This document shows positions 30,338-41,526 of a stretch of 64,000 nt of DNA, piece after piece. This stretch comes from a virus. Both the position numbers and the translations under genes were made by a program. The stretch lies in the IMG/VR virus record IMGVR_UViG_3300020731_000011; one strand, 5' to 3'. Each line of letters starts with the position of its first letter. Position 1 is the stretch's first letter. The notes beneath the pieces are model-generated. The model was not told the origin of the DNA, searched no databases, and saw only the letters and a program-made list of their open reading frames with translations.

Positions 30338-31454
30338 TATATCTCTTTTAGTTGGTCTTAAAAATAATCTAGACTACTCAAAAAATTTCTACTTCACAAC
30401 TAGAAAATTATATCCAGAAATTGAGATATGCTTTGTAAGTTATGGATCTACAGATGGTACACATGAATGGCTAGACTCATTATCTGATATTAATCTAAAG
30501 TATTACTATGAAAAAGATTCTAAAACATTATCAGATACATTTAATAAGGCAACACAAATAGCTACTAAAGATTATGTAGCATATTTACATAATGATATTG
30601 TTTTAGCTCCAAACTTTATAGAAAATATATTAAAGCATATGACTCACTCTAGAGCTGTATCATATACTACGATAGAACCACCTATATTCTCAGGACATGA
30701 AAGACTTGGTAAGATTATAAGAGATTTTGGTATTGATATAAATAGCTTTAGGACTTCTGATATGTATAAGTTTGCAAATGAAGAGGCTCATAATAAATCT
30801 AATATGCTAGAACCAGGGGTAACATTTTTTATGTGTATGCCTAGAAAAGTTTTATTAGAAATAGGTGGTATGGATAATCTATTTAATCCTTTTTTTTGTG
30901 AAGATGATGATATAATAAATAGACTTAAATTATATGGTTTAGAATTAATAACTTCTTTAGATGCAATATGTTATCATTTTGTAAGTAAGACTTCTAGATT
31001 TTCAGAAGAATATAAAATACAAACTCAAATACTAGAGATTAAATCAAATAGAAATTATATCAGAAAATGGGGATCAAGAGGAAATTATCTAAAATATAAT
31101 ATAGCATATGTAGCTCATAATTGTAATATTCACGCATTAGAAACTTTAGAACCGTGGTGCGATAAAATATATATCAATGATCTATTTAATTATATAGAAA
31201 AAGAACAACCAAATACTAAATATGATTTGACAAAAAGAATATTGCCACTCATAAATTCAAATCCTATTCAAGATAATGATATTATAGTAGAATTTGATTG
31301 TTTAAAATTTAACCAAAGAACATTTGAATTATTACAATCTCTTCCTGCTATAATAAAAGAATCAGGAGAACCTGGATATTTTGAATTAGAAGACTTAAAA
31401 ATTACAATAAATCAAATTATAGAAAGACAGAGTGACTTAATACATTTATTTTAA
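30327..31454 (+). CDS. GT2 glycosyltransferase
   Basis: GSTDGT, LHNDIV, GGMD..F, EDDD, YHF.SKTSR. Confidence 0.85.
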   Translation: MKNNISLLVGLKNNLDYSKNFYFTTRKLYPEIEICFVSYGSTDGTHEWLDSLSDINLKYYYEKDSKTLSDTFNKATQIATKDYVAYLHNDIVLAPNFIENILKHMTHSRAVSYTTIEPPIFSGHERLGKIIRDFGIDINSFRTSDMYKFANEEAHNKSNMLEPGVTFFMCMPRKVLLEIGGMDNLFNPFFCEDDDIINRLKLYGLELITSLDAICYHFVSKTSRFSEEYKIQTQILEIKSNRNYIRKWGSRGNYLKYNIAYVAHNCNIHALETLEPWCDKIYINDLFNYIEKEQPNTKYDLTKRILPLINSNPIQDNDIIVEFDCLKFNQRTFELLQSLPAIIKESGEPGYFELEDLKITINQIIERQSDLIHLF

Positions 31455-31501
31455 AATTTCATTATTATTTAATATGTTCTTATTATCTAAATTAATATCA
31501 T

Positions 31502-32053
31502 ATGAGTTCTAAAAATAAAAAAGAGGAAAAACCTCAAAGTAGAATAGTGGTTTTAGGAGATATTGATGATGAGAATGTAAATGACTGTATATCTCAAATA
31601 TTAGAAATTAATGAATTAGATTCTAATGTACCTATTGAAAAATTAGAACCTATAAAATTAATAATAAATTCACAGGGTGGAGAAGTCTATAGAGGATTTG
31701 GACTTATAGATTGTATTGAACTTTCAAAAATACCAGTACATATTACTATATTAGGTCAAGCTCAATCTATGGCACTACCAATATTATGTGTAGGACATCA
31801 TAGATCAATGTCAAAAAGATCTACTTTAATGTATCATGAAGTCTCTTGGGGAATAGGATCTGACACAAAACTTAGTACTCATCATAAAGAAGTTGAAGAG
31901 GGTCATAGATTACAAGATATGTATGATTCTATTATTTTAGAACGCTCTAAAATACCAAAGAAGAAACTTGATGATATTAAACTCAGAAAAGAAGAGTGGT
32001 ATATATCTCCAAAAGAGGCTCTTAAATTAGGATTGATTGATGAGATAATTTAA
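31502..32053 (+). CDS. clpP: ClpP-like serine protease
   Basis: INSQGGEV, GQAQSM (catalytic Ser), LMYH (catalytic His), SPKEAL.LGLIDEI. Confidence 0.88.
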   Translation: MSSKNKKEEKPQSRIVVLGDIDDENVNDCISQILEINELDSNVPIEKLEPIKLIINSQGGEVYRGFGLIDCIELSKIPVHITILGQAQSMALPILCVGHHRSMSKRSTLMYHEVSWGIGSDTKLSTHHKEVEEGHRLQDMYDSIILERSKIPKKKLDDIKLRKEEWYISPKEALKLGLIDEII

Positions 32054-32073
32054 ATATTTATAATAAAAATTAC

Positions 32074-32391
32074 ATGGATAATATAATACCAAAACCAAGA
32101 ACATCAGTAAATATAGCTGGTAAAAAATTAGGTCTTCAGTTTGATTTAAATACTAATGAGACTAAGAGAGGAGTTAAGATGCAATTCATATTAGATTCAG
32201 ATGAAATGGATCCAAAAGAAAAACAAGATTTAACTGAGAAAATATCAACAGCTCTTCAAAAAAGATTTGGTGATGCTGGATTAATGGTGGATTTTGATGA
32301 CAGAACTCCTTATAAAAATGTTATAGGATTTATTGTGCCATTAAATTCAATCACTAATATGTTGATTAATATACTTAAAGGTTCAAAATAA
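32074..32391 (+). CDS. hypothetical protein
   Basis: 105-aa ORF with an ATATTTATA box upstream. Confidence 0.55.
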   Translation: MDNIIPKPRTSVNIAGKKLGLQFDLNTNETKRGVKMQFILDSDEMDPKEKQDLTEKISTALQKRFGDAGLMVDFDDRTPYKNVIGFIVPLNSITNMLINILKGSK

Positions 32392-32408
32392 ATCAAATAG
32401 TATTAGTT

Positions 32409-32753
32409 ATGGCTTTAGCAAAAAAAGATAAAATAATTAGGGCAATATTTGACAATATACAGGAATTGACTGCGGAAGATATAGTAAAATCTCAGCAATT
32501 TTTAGATATGCTTAAAGAGAGAACTCCTATAGCAATAGAAGATGCTCATAAGTCTAATAAAATATTTGCAACTTTATTTGAAATAAATGACTCTACATCT
32601 TATATAGAAATTCATAAAAATAATTGGATCTCTGCATTAGAATCAATATTAGCTATGTATGTTACTCAAGAGGACTATGATACTTGTAAAAAAATAGCAT
32701 GGTTGATACAAGAGATAAAAGACAAGCAGAAAAAAATCCCGTTAAAAAAGTAA
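32409..32753 (+). CDS. hypothetical protein with a C-terminal UVR-like helix pair; paralog of 62326..62649
   Basis: QEDYDTCKKI matches LEEYELCSQI in the paralog. Confidence 0.5.
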   Translation: MALAKKDKIIRAIFDNIQELTAEDIVKSQQFLDMLKERTPIAIEDAHKSNKIFATLFEINDSTSYIEIHKNNWISALESILAMYVTQEDYDTCKKIAWLIQEIKDKQKKIPLKK

Positions 32754-32759
32754 AAGGTC

Positions 32760-33167
32760 ATGGAAGAATATAAGCAAATACAAGAGGCAGTAAATTCTAT
32801 ATTGAATATACAATCATTTATTAAAAGAAAGGCGCAAAGAGGTGGGATTGAAAAGAAGAGGGAGATCTTTGTAATGATCATAAATATGATAGATGAGGCT
32901 ATAGTAAGATCAAATATAGCATACTCAGATCTAGAAATAGATACTGCTAAATATGATGAAAAGTTTTATAGTATTATTGATTATCTACTTCTTATGAGTT
33001 ATGGACCTGAATGTTATGATCTAATTAGCTTTTATCTTTGGGAACGTATGGATGAAGATGGTAATTCTCTAGCGTTAGTAGACACATTTGGTAATCATAT
33101 AGAATTTAAAAGTCCTTATGATCTTTGGGATTTAATGATAAAAATTAATCCTAAAATAAATAAATAG
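32760..33167 (+). CDS. hypothetical protein
   Basis: 135-aa ORF within the operon. Confidence 0.55.
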   Translation: MEEYKQIQEAVNSILNIQSFIKRKAQRGGIEKKREIFVMIINMIDEAIVRSNIAYSDLEIDTAKYDEKFYSIIDYLLLMSYGPECYDLISFYLWERMDEDGNSLALVDTFGNHIEFKSPYDLWDLMIKINPKINK

Positions 33168-33174
33168 AGATTTT

Positions 33175-34470
33175 ATGGCAGACTTATTCCAAGATCCTAG
33201 ACAGGCTCTTAAGGATCGTAATGCTAAATTAGTTATTCCAGAATCTAAAATAAGAGAGGCTATAAATCATAGTAATTATATTTATAAAGCCGCTGCATAT
33301 CTTAATGTATCTACAGATAGATTTAAAAATTACGCAAAAAAATATTTAGATCCAGATACTGGGTTAAATCTTTTAGAATTACAAAATAGAAATTTACTTT
33401 TAGCTAAAGCTCAAGAAATAGGTAAAAAACCAATAAGAACCTATAAAAGCTATCATGATAAGAATGAGTTTACTGAAGAGGAGATAAGATATGCGATGTC
33501 TGTTACTTTATGTAATAAACAGGCTGCAGAAATTTTAGGGGCTTCACCATATGTATATAAGAAATGTGCATCTGCTATTATAGATGAAGAGACTAAATTA
33601 AGTCTTTTTGAAATACAATATCAAAAGTGGAAGAAATACTCATTTGAAAAGTATAAACTAAGAAAAGAGAAATTTAAAAATTACGATCCTCAAAAGGCGG
33701 CTGAAATAAAAGAGAAATGGGAAAAGCAGAAATTCACATCTGAAAATCTCCCACCAATGAGCGAGCGCCCAGATAATTGGAAATATAAAGGACTTGAATT
33801 ATCTGAAGAGATTATTCGAGGCGCTATGCGTAATACTAGGTCTAATAAAGAGGCGGCTCAATGGCTGAGAGTATCATATAAGACTTGGAAAAAGTATGCA
33901 AAAATGTATATTGATCAACAGACGGGTAGATCTTTATTTAATTTGCATTTATCAAATGGTACAGGTATACCAAAAGCAAGAACTAAAAAGACTAAAAATA
34001 GTTTTCAATTTGTAGAATTAGGATATCAATTAATTAAAGGTCAAACTGCCACTCCTAAAAGAATTGATCAATTAGCCTCAAGACTTATGAAAGATGGTAG
34101 ACTTGGATATTCTTGTAGTGAGTGCGGATATTGTTCTAAAAGACCTATTGATATGAAGATGCCCCTAATGATAAATTTTATCAATGGAGATCGTTCTGAT
34201 TGGACTGAAAGTAATTTAAGATGGGTATGTTATAATTGTGCTTTTATACTAGCTTTAGATTTTACTAATAGAAATAAACGACAAATATTACAAGGTACTG
34301 CTCCAGAGTCTCCAGATGCACCACAAGAATCTGAAAGCTTTTATAAAATAGATGATTTTTATTTAGAACATCTTAAAAGTTTGGGAATTGGACAATTAGC
34401 AGAAAAAGTTCAAGAGCCTATAAAAGATGATAAAAATCCACTACCAGAAGATCTTATAGATTACCAATAG
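33175..34470 (+). CDS. three tandem Fis-like HTH units plus a degenerate HNH/zinc domain
   Basis: three repeats of E..IR.A......K.AA..L..S....K.YA....D..T..SL; C-terminal CSEC...NFINGD...NL.WVCYNC. Confidence 0.65.
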   Translation: MADLFQDPRQALKDRNAKLVIPESKIREAINHSNYIYKAAAYLNVSTDRFKNYAKKYLDPDTGLNLLELQNRNLLLAKAQEIGKKPIRTYKSYHDKNEFTEEEIRYAMSVTLCNKQAAEILGASPYVYKKCASAIIDEETKLSLFEIQYQKWKKYSFEKYKLRKEKFKNYDPQKAAEIKEKWEKQKFTSENLPPMSERPDNWKYKGLELSEEIIRGAMRNTRSNKEAAQWLRVSYKTWKKYAKMYIDQQTGRSLFNLHLSNGTGIPKARTKKTKNSFQFVELGYQLIKGQTATPKRIDQLASRLMKDGRLGYSCSECGYCSKRPIDMKMPLMINFINGDRSDWTESNLRWVCYNCAFILALDFTNRNKRQILQGTAPESPDAPQESESFYKIDDFYLEHLKSLGIGQLAEKVQEPIKDDKNPLPEDLIDYQ

Positions 34471-34938
34471 TCTACTTAAAAGATAGATTTCTATTCTTCA
34501 ATTTTAATTTGTACTTTTGTTAAAAATTAAGGTTATGAAATATAAAATCACAGAATTTTTCTTTGGAATTCCAGCAAAAGGTCAATCAATTTTATCAAAT
34601 TCAATTGGGTTTAGGACATGTGAACCAGAAAATAGACCAGATTTTAATAAATGGGCTATTGATTATAATGTAAGTTCAAGAGTGCCTATTACATTTAGGC
34701 AATTAGCAATGACTCATAAAATACGATAGATTTGAAAAAGATCAATAAGGGAAATCTTTTAAGACTCTTAGCGTATATTTTATTTTCTTTATATATAACT
34801 TTTAATGGAATAAAGATAGATATTGGAAATTTTAAATTTTATGTTAATGGTCTTTTAAAGAGTGAAATTCCTAAATAAAAGTAGTACATTTTGGTTTTTT
34901 CTAAATAATGATAATATTTATTATTATAAGAATTTACC

Positions 34939-35244
34939 ATGATAATATTACAATCTAATATAACACCGATGCCTAATCCACTTAGTTCTTATCAGAACTA
35001 TGTATTACAATATGGAATATTAGGGATAATTACTGTTATACTTGCCTGGGTTGCATTTCATCAATATCAAAAATTAGTAGAGAGAAATGCGCAATTAGAG
35101 CAAAAGATAGACAAAGTACAATTAGATATGACGAATTTACTTATAGAAGAGCGTGATAGATTAGCTAAACTTATAGAAGATAATACAAGAGCATTAACAG
35201 AATTACAGAAATCTATCTTAACTTTTATGATAAACCATAAATAA
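34939..35244 (+). CDS. single-pass membrane, holin-like protein
   Basis: YGILGIITVILAW transmembrane segment followed by a coiled coil. Confidence 0.45.
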   Translation: MIILQSNITPMPNPLSSYQNYVLQYGILGIITVILAWVAFHQYQKLVERNAQLEQKIDKVQLDMTNLLIEERDRLAKLIEDNTRALTELQKSILTFMINHK

Positions 35245-35430
35245 TATTAAATATGGAATTCATTATGTCTTATTTTGTATATATAATATTCATTTTAACA
35301 ATAATTATACTTTCAATATCACGTAAAAATAAAAAAATATTAAAGTATTATCAAAATAAACACAAAAGTTAAATTTTTTATTTACAAAATTTTTATTTAA
35401 TTTTATATTTTAAATCAGTTTTGAATAAGT

Positions 35431-35679
35431 ATGCAGCAAGAATTAGAGAATAAGTACTATTGTAAAGTTTGTAATGTAGAAATACATCCAAAAAGAGCAG
35501 CATTGGGATATAAAACCACATGCGTAAATCACTCAGAAACATCTAAATTTACAGGATTAATAGTTATAGAAGGCACAGAGAGCAATGAAGTCTCTTCAAT
35601 AGAGATCATAAGAGATCCTAAAATAGCTCAAGAAATACAGAGACTTAAATCTATATCATCAAATTCAGATATTTATTAA
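35431..35679 (+). CDS. TraR/DksA-like zinc-finger protein
   Basis: CKVC..EI...R..LG..TTCV.HS. Confidence 0.5.
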   Translation: MQQELENKYYCKVCNVEIHPKRAALGYKTTCVNHSETSKFTGLIVIEGTESNEVSSIEIIRDPKIAQEIQRLKSISSNSDIY

Positions 35680-35695
35680 AAAATAATTTATCTGT

Positions 35696-36329
35696 ATGTC
35701 AAATATTAAAGAAGCTATAAGCACATTACCAGACTACGAACAAGAGCAAGTAAAACAATATGCAACTTCTCTAAAAGAGATCAAGAAAAAAATTATAGAA
35801 CTTATTAATAAGGGTAAAAAAAATCTTGAAGAGTCTGGAGGTAATATGAGTAATAATTTAATATTACATGATGAAGAATAAAATTATATTTTATGGAAGA
35901 TAATAATAAGGTAATTTCTCCTGAAGAATTAATAGATCAAATAAGAATATCTATGGAATATGCATATCTATTAGGATATTCTGAGTGTCTTAATAATACA
36001 AATTCAGGATCGAATATAAAATCTTCTAATCCAGACAGGGCTATAAAATATTATATAGATACCCTAAAAATAAAATACGGTATTTTAAACCAATAAACTA
36101 AAAATTAAAAGTTATGAACAATCACATCGAATTTCCACAAGAAACAGTCTCCACATTTTTTAGTGAAAATGGAATAGCCAGATTTGAAGTAGACATTTAT
36201 TCATTTAAACAATTTATTGAATCTACTGAAGGAGATCCAAATGATGCATTAAGGTCTAAATTTGAAAAATTTTTGGATGATCTTGTAGAAAATATGAAAT
36301 TTTATAAAAATAAAAGAGTAGTAAATTAA
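35696..36329 (+). CDS. three small hypothetical ORFs (35696-35881, 35893-36096, 36114-36329)
   Basis: tightly packed ORFs in the track. Confidence 0.45.
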
Positions 36330-36419
36330 TACTATACTTAGAAAATAAGTTTTTATATCTCATCTATTATTTTTACTTTTGTATTGTAATCTATTTTTAA
36401 CACATAAAAACTCAAAAAA

Positions 36420-36665
36420 ATGAGGAATCAAACAAATCGTCCAAAGCAGTACAAGACTCGTTCTTACATTCAAAAAGCGATCATCGCTAATCGCCGTCTC
36501 CGTAATGGTGATATTACTCTTACAGCAGAGCGTACTGGTTATTCTATTACACATGTGAGTGATGTAGTAAGTGGTAAGCAGTTTAATACTCGCATTATGA
36601 ATCATATTTTTAATATGGCTCGTAATCGTAAGCAAAATGCTGAAATAGTCTCTGAGATTAACTAA
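36420..36665 (+). CDS. HTH DNA-binding protein
   Basis: TLTAERTGYSITHVSDVVSG helix-turn-helix; upstream TACTTTTG box. Confidence 0.65.
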   Translation: MRNQTNRPKQYKTRSYIQKAIIANRRLRNGDITLTAERTGYSITHVSDVVSGKQFNTRIMNHIFNMARNRKQNAEIVSEIN

Positions 36666-36691
36666 TTAATAAAAAAGAGACAATACTTATT

Positions 36692-36724
36692 AAAAGACCT
36701 ACAAAAAAAGTAGGTCTTTTTTTT
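36692..36724 (+). terminator. intrinsic terminator
   Basis: AAAAGACCTAC-loop-GTAGGTCTTTTTTTT. Confidence 0.85.
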
Positions 36725-37279
36725 ATACTTAAAATTTAGACTTTATCTCTAATCAATAATATAATACTTTTACTTTATGAGCAATATTAAATACCAATCT
36801 ACACCGATCTATTGGCCACTTAAACATAAAACTGATCAGTATGAAAGAGTATATTATCCAGATCATAATAATAAAACCATGATTTTGATTAAAATTGGCT
36901 CTATTTATAAAGATAAGACAGTTACTTCTATATTTGTTGGTCATACGAGTGTTTTTGTAAATTATACAATTCAAAATGATAATAAAATAAAATGTGTACC
37001 AATAAGTACTTTTATTAGTAAATTGTCATTATAATATACTCTTAAACTAAATTAAAGCTATCCAGATTATTAAATTTGCTATTTAAATAATAAAATCAAA
37101 GTATTATATTATAGAGTATTAGATGATCAAGAATAGCATCTAAATTTAATTTAAATTTCAAGTGAATCTATAAATAAAAATATATGAATTTAGATATTAG
37201 AAAAATTTCAGATAGTGATTTTGAAGTTATTTCAGAGACACATATAAAATAATATTAATAATAAATAAAATAAAAAAAG

Positions 37280-37966
37280 ATGATTAAAAACCAAACAGTT
37301 TATCAAGGTAGAATAGTATTGAAATTTGAAAAATATCCACATTATACGAGTATTTCAGATGGTGTGCTAAATAAAATTCATTTAGATCTTGGATTTACTA
37401 AACTTGTAAGTAGAATAATGCCCACAAAACTCTCTAAGACAACTAGTAAAATGATTCTTAATAAAGAAAAAGTACATTTAATAGAGACTAAAACTGGTGG
37501 ATTTATTAGGGATTATAAAATTGAAGATCCATTTTTGTCTCATTCGACTAATCCAGAAATATTTTACTTATATGATAGTTTTGTAACTGCAGATGGTAAT
37601 TATATAGGCGATGCCACTATTGGTTGGTTTTATTATAAAAATAATTTTAAAGTTTGCCAAGATTACCCTATTGGAGTAGCAGAGATATATGATAATGAAA
37701 AACTTGAGGCATATTATGGATTTACACATAGAGGAGGTGCGCCATTTTATATAGGAGATAAATTATTTGAAGAGACATATATTCCAAAAGAAGAAGATTT
37801 CGAAGAGTGGGAGTGGGCTGGATTTGAGTATGATATGAATAATAGTGATAGTGATGATAAAAATATATGTGATTATATTCCATTTAGAAAACGAGGTAGT
37901 AAAATAATAGAGACTTTAGAAGAGGCAAAACGGGCAGCTATTAATCTTTCTGAATATTTGTCATAA
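37280..37966 (+). CDS. hypothetical phage protein
   Basis: 228-aa ORF; HRGG..F.IGDKLF motif. Confidence 0.55.
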   Translation: MIKNQTVYQGRIVLKFEKYPHYTSISDGVLNKIHLDLGFTKLVSRIMPTKLSKTTSKMILNKEKVHLIETKTGGFIRDYKIEDPFLSHSTNPEIFYLYDSFVTADGNYIGDATIGWFYYKNNFKVCQDYPIGVAEIYDNEKLEAYYGFTHRGGAPFYIGDKLFEETYIPKEEDFEEWEWAGFEYDMNNSDSDDKNICDYIPFRKRGSKIIETLEEAKRAAINLSEYLS

Positions 37967-38197
37967 AAATATTTTATAAAAAGTTTTTTTTATCAAAAAA
38001 TAGTTGTACTTTTACATCATAATAATTAACTCACCACCCATGCGCCACTCTAAGATATTCACCACGGATGAAGTCCATTCGATAATGAAAGGTAAGATGA
38101 CCGCTTTTTATGAGGTGGTTAAACCGCAGCAAACCGTATTCGTGAACAGCTAAAACAAGGTAAGTAACCCGCAAGTAGCGGATAAAAAATAGGGAAT

Positions 38198-38509
38198 ATG
38201 ACAGTAGCAAAACAGTACAGAAAAAAGCCCGTAGTAATTGAGGCGATATTGCTAACGCATACCGCAGAATCAATAGCGAGTGTGCAAAAATTTATACAGA
38301 ATGGCGTGCTTGATAAAAATTCATGCGCTTCTGCATCCGATGCATGGGATATGTATCTTGATATTGTTCGTGCTCGTGGGGGTATCGAAATAAAAACACT
38401 AGAAGGTACTCACTTGGCATCATTTGGAGACTATGTAATAAAAGGGATAGCAGGAGAATTTTATCCGTGCAAGCCCGATATATTTAAAGGTACATACGAA
38501 GAAGTATAA
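38198..38509 (+). CDS. conserved phage protein
   Basis: YRKKPVVIEA...GDYVIKG..GEFYPCKPDIF..TYE. Confidence 0.75.
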   Translation: MTVAKQYRKKPVVIEAILLTHTAESIASVQKFIQNGVLDKNSCASASDAWDMYLDIVRARGGIEIKTLEGTHLASFGDYVIKGIAGEFYPCKPDIFKGTYEEV

Positions 38510-38535
38510 TCATCACACATAAAACACACAAACTA

Positions 38536-40430
38536 ATGGAACAAAAAGAACTATCAATAATGCAAAGCGCATTTCAATTTAACGATGGCAGACGCATTAT
38601 AGTCTACACATCAACAAGTGGCATTGTATCTTATGAGTGTAATGAAAAATGGGAAACCGTTGGTAAGCCATTTGCTACATGCCCCATGGAGTATATGACC
38701 AACAAATCGTTTTCTGAATATCATGCCGATATAAGAAAACTACATGCAGAAACGGGGAATAGCGTTCTTGTAGAAGAAATGTCAACATGTATTTCCCCCG
38801 ACCCGATGATACCGATGGAGCAGCCCAAACAATACGAGCCTTCATTACATGGTTTAGTAGCCGACCTGCGTAATAAGTTAGGGTGCGTATATGGTCATAT
38901 AAATGATTCATCTATGTACTTCGCCACGACATACGGGACAGAGCAGGTAGAGCAGAGCGATGTCCAACTGCAAGAGAAGTCCGAAAAATCATTTGATTGC
39001 CAAATGGAGATAGAAGGTAAAGCACCATGTCAAGAACAATGTGAGCATTGTAAAGACTATTACAATAGTAAATTAAAGTCAAGTGTACCATCTATTCCTA
39101 CTGATGAAGAGATATACAATAAGTCTCAAGAATATTTTAAAGAGCACAGCGTATATAAATATCCTCAAAGTTTTTACGTAGCAGGTTACAAGCAAGCATT
39201 ATCAGACCTACAAACCAAAGGAGGGGCAAATGGATAAGAAAGGCAGATACATTATCGCATCTATTTTTATAGTAGCAACGATATTTTCATTTGTTATTGT
39301 ACTATTCAGCACTATAGATTTTTATACACATAAAACCATAAATATATGTCTATTCGTTTGTTGCTTAATTGTTTTATGTATATCTCCCGCAATTGTTTAC
39401 TATCAAAATAAAATGTCTAACAATGGATAAGCACACAGAACGTTTAAAATCAATGGCGGAGAAGATGGCAAAATGCGAATATTCAAGATCAAGTTATTTG
39501 GTTGGGTTCATAAATGAGGATTGGGATAAGTTACCTAAATGGGTAAAAGTAAAAGAAGTCAACCGAATGCTCCCCCTTGCGGAGCTAGCACTACGAGAGG
39601 CTTATAACGAAGCACATGAATGCTACATAAAAGGTTGGCAAAATAACGATTCCGAACTTAACTATACAGACATAGGAAACTATTTACAATCACGAGGGAT
39701 TATACCCGCAAAACAAAAGTGATGAACTCAGAGCAAGCATATGAACTATTGATTTACTGCATCGAGCAAGACAAAGAATACGGGCGTCTTATTTGTAACA
39801 GGTTTAACAGGCATAGGAACTATAACATAAAGTACATGCGTCACCTAAAAAGGAACAGACGCCATAACCTCAAAAACCAACACAAGTTATGACCAATGAA
39901 CAGCTTGCCGATAAGGCGTACCCATTAGATGGGAGCGAATATATACTTTCTGAAATATCAATTAAAGACAACCGTATTGGTTACGCCCAAGCCCTGACAG
40001 ACTGCCAATACTTCGCAGAGTGGTGTAGTATGAACGGGTGGGTTTATGTAGATTTTAAGGTAATGTGGGTTAATCCAAAGTCGGGTTTAGAGCCATCAAC
40101 CACCGAACTTTTCTCATTATTCATTCAAGAGAAACAATCTAAACGAGCGGTGGAGATTGTTAAAACTAAAATGGAGAAGATATGAGAACAGCAGAAGAAT
40201 ACGTAAAAGATGCAAGAAACAAATCAATTTTACAGCCGATAAAAGGACTTGATTATTTCTTTGAGCAAGCCATCAACGCAGCCCGAAAAGAGGCTATTGA
40301 CGAAGTGGTGAGTAACTTAGATAAATACTTTACCGTAGAAATGTGTCCTACTTATGTAGAAGGCGGTGAATACCCTGAACTTTCAGCCAACTCGCAAGCC
40401 ATCGAGAACCTAAAAAATAGTATGAAATGA
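38536..40430 (+). CDS. cluster of small hypothetical ORFs (38536-39237, 39230-39430, ~39422-39722, 39889-40185, 40182-40430)
   Basis: overlapping stop/start junctions; CG-richer codon usage than the flanks. Confidence 0.5.
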
Positions 40431-41286
40431 AAATAGATGAAAAGAAGGTATATAAATTGTATATGGAGTGGGTTAATAAAGTCAGTGATGAGTTTGATTG
40501 GAAAACCACATTTGGACCAAAAGAAATAGTAAATAAGATAGTGAATATAATAGAGACATATCCAGAATTAATAATCAAGGAGTAAGACAATAAAGAAGGA
40601 GAGCATAATTAAAATAGATCTATAACAATAACTATAAGAATAATATAGATAAGATCACTAGTATAGAGAATAACACTCCAGGATATAAATAAAGCAGAGA
40701 GTTTATAAAAGAAGTATAATAATATAATTTATAATAAAAAAACAAGGCATGACACCATTAATAGCAAGAATGATCCTAATAGGAATTTATATAATAAGTG
40801 CAATCAGAGTATATAGATGGATAAGAAAGGCCTACTCTATAGGAGGTAGATTTCAAGTATTAGAGATTAGTGCTGATACGTTATATTTGACATTGCAAAT
40901 ACAATAGCTGCCCGCATTACTCTATTTGAAAGTCCATTAGCAGAACCAAAGAAATCAAAGAAATTTAATTATAACAGATTTTTTAGAATAAAAAAATAGG
41001 GGCGTGGTAAATCCTATAGAAATAGTAGTAAAGTAGGTATAAGAGGCGATCTCTTAAAAATTAGGTAAATAGGTGTAAAATATCGGTATAAAGAAGGGGA
41101 TTATAGAGAGGCGATTTTAGTGAAACTGGGAGGGAGGGTTCCAGGACTTTGAAACTCACAGGAAAAAATTAATCTTTCGAGTGAATTAATAAATCTTCTC
41201 TATCTATAAATATGCGTAAACTTGCGAAAATTATTATTTTTTTAAAAAATTTTTATTATTTTTATAGAAAAAACACGTAAATCAAT

Positions 41287-41499
41287 ATGGGACTACTTAT
41301 CACGATTAATACAATAATATTAATTTTTAATTTTATAACTCTATTTGCAAGTATAGCGACACTATTTACTCCAGCGTATACGTACTTTCGCAGAGATGAA
41401 AAGCGATTAGTCTATATGATTATAGTAATATCACTATTAGCTATGCTGTTATTTGGATATGATGTATACTATCTAGTATTAGTAAAAAAAAATTTTTAA
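41287..41499 (+). CDS. small membrane protein
   Basis: two hydrophobic helices. Confidence 0.45.
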   Translation: MGLLITINTIILIFNFITLFASIATLFTPAYTYFRRDEKRLVYMIIVISLLAMLLFGYDVYYLVLVKKNF

Positions 41500-41526
41500 C
41501 AGGCACCGGAGGTCTCCTGCAAAGGT

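Noticed and set aside
40749-40999. Frameshifted small membrane ORF
   Set aside because: No slippery site, matched codons or structure; it looks like ordinary decay.
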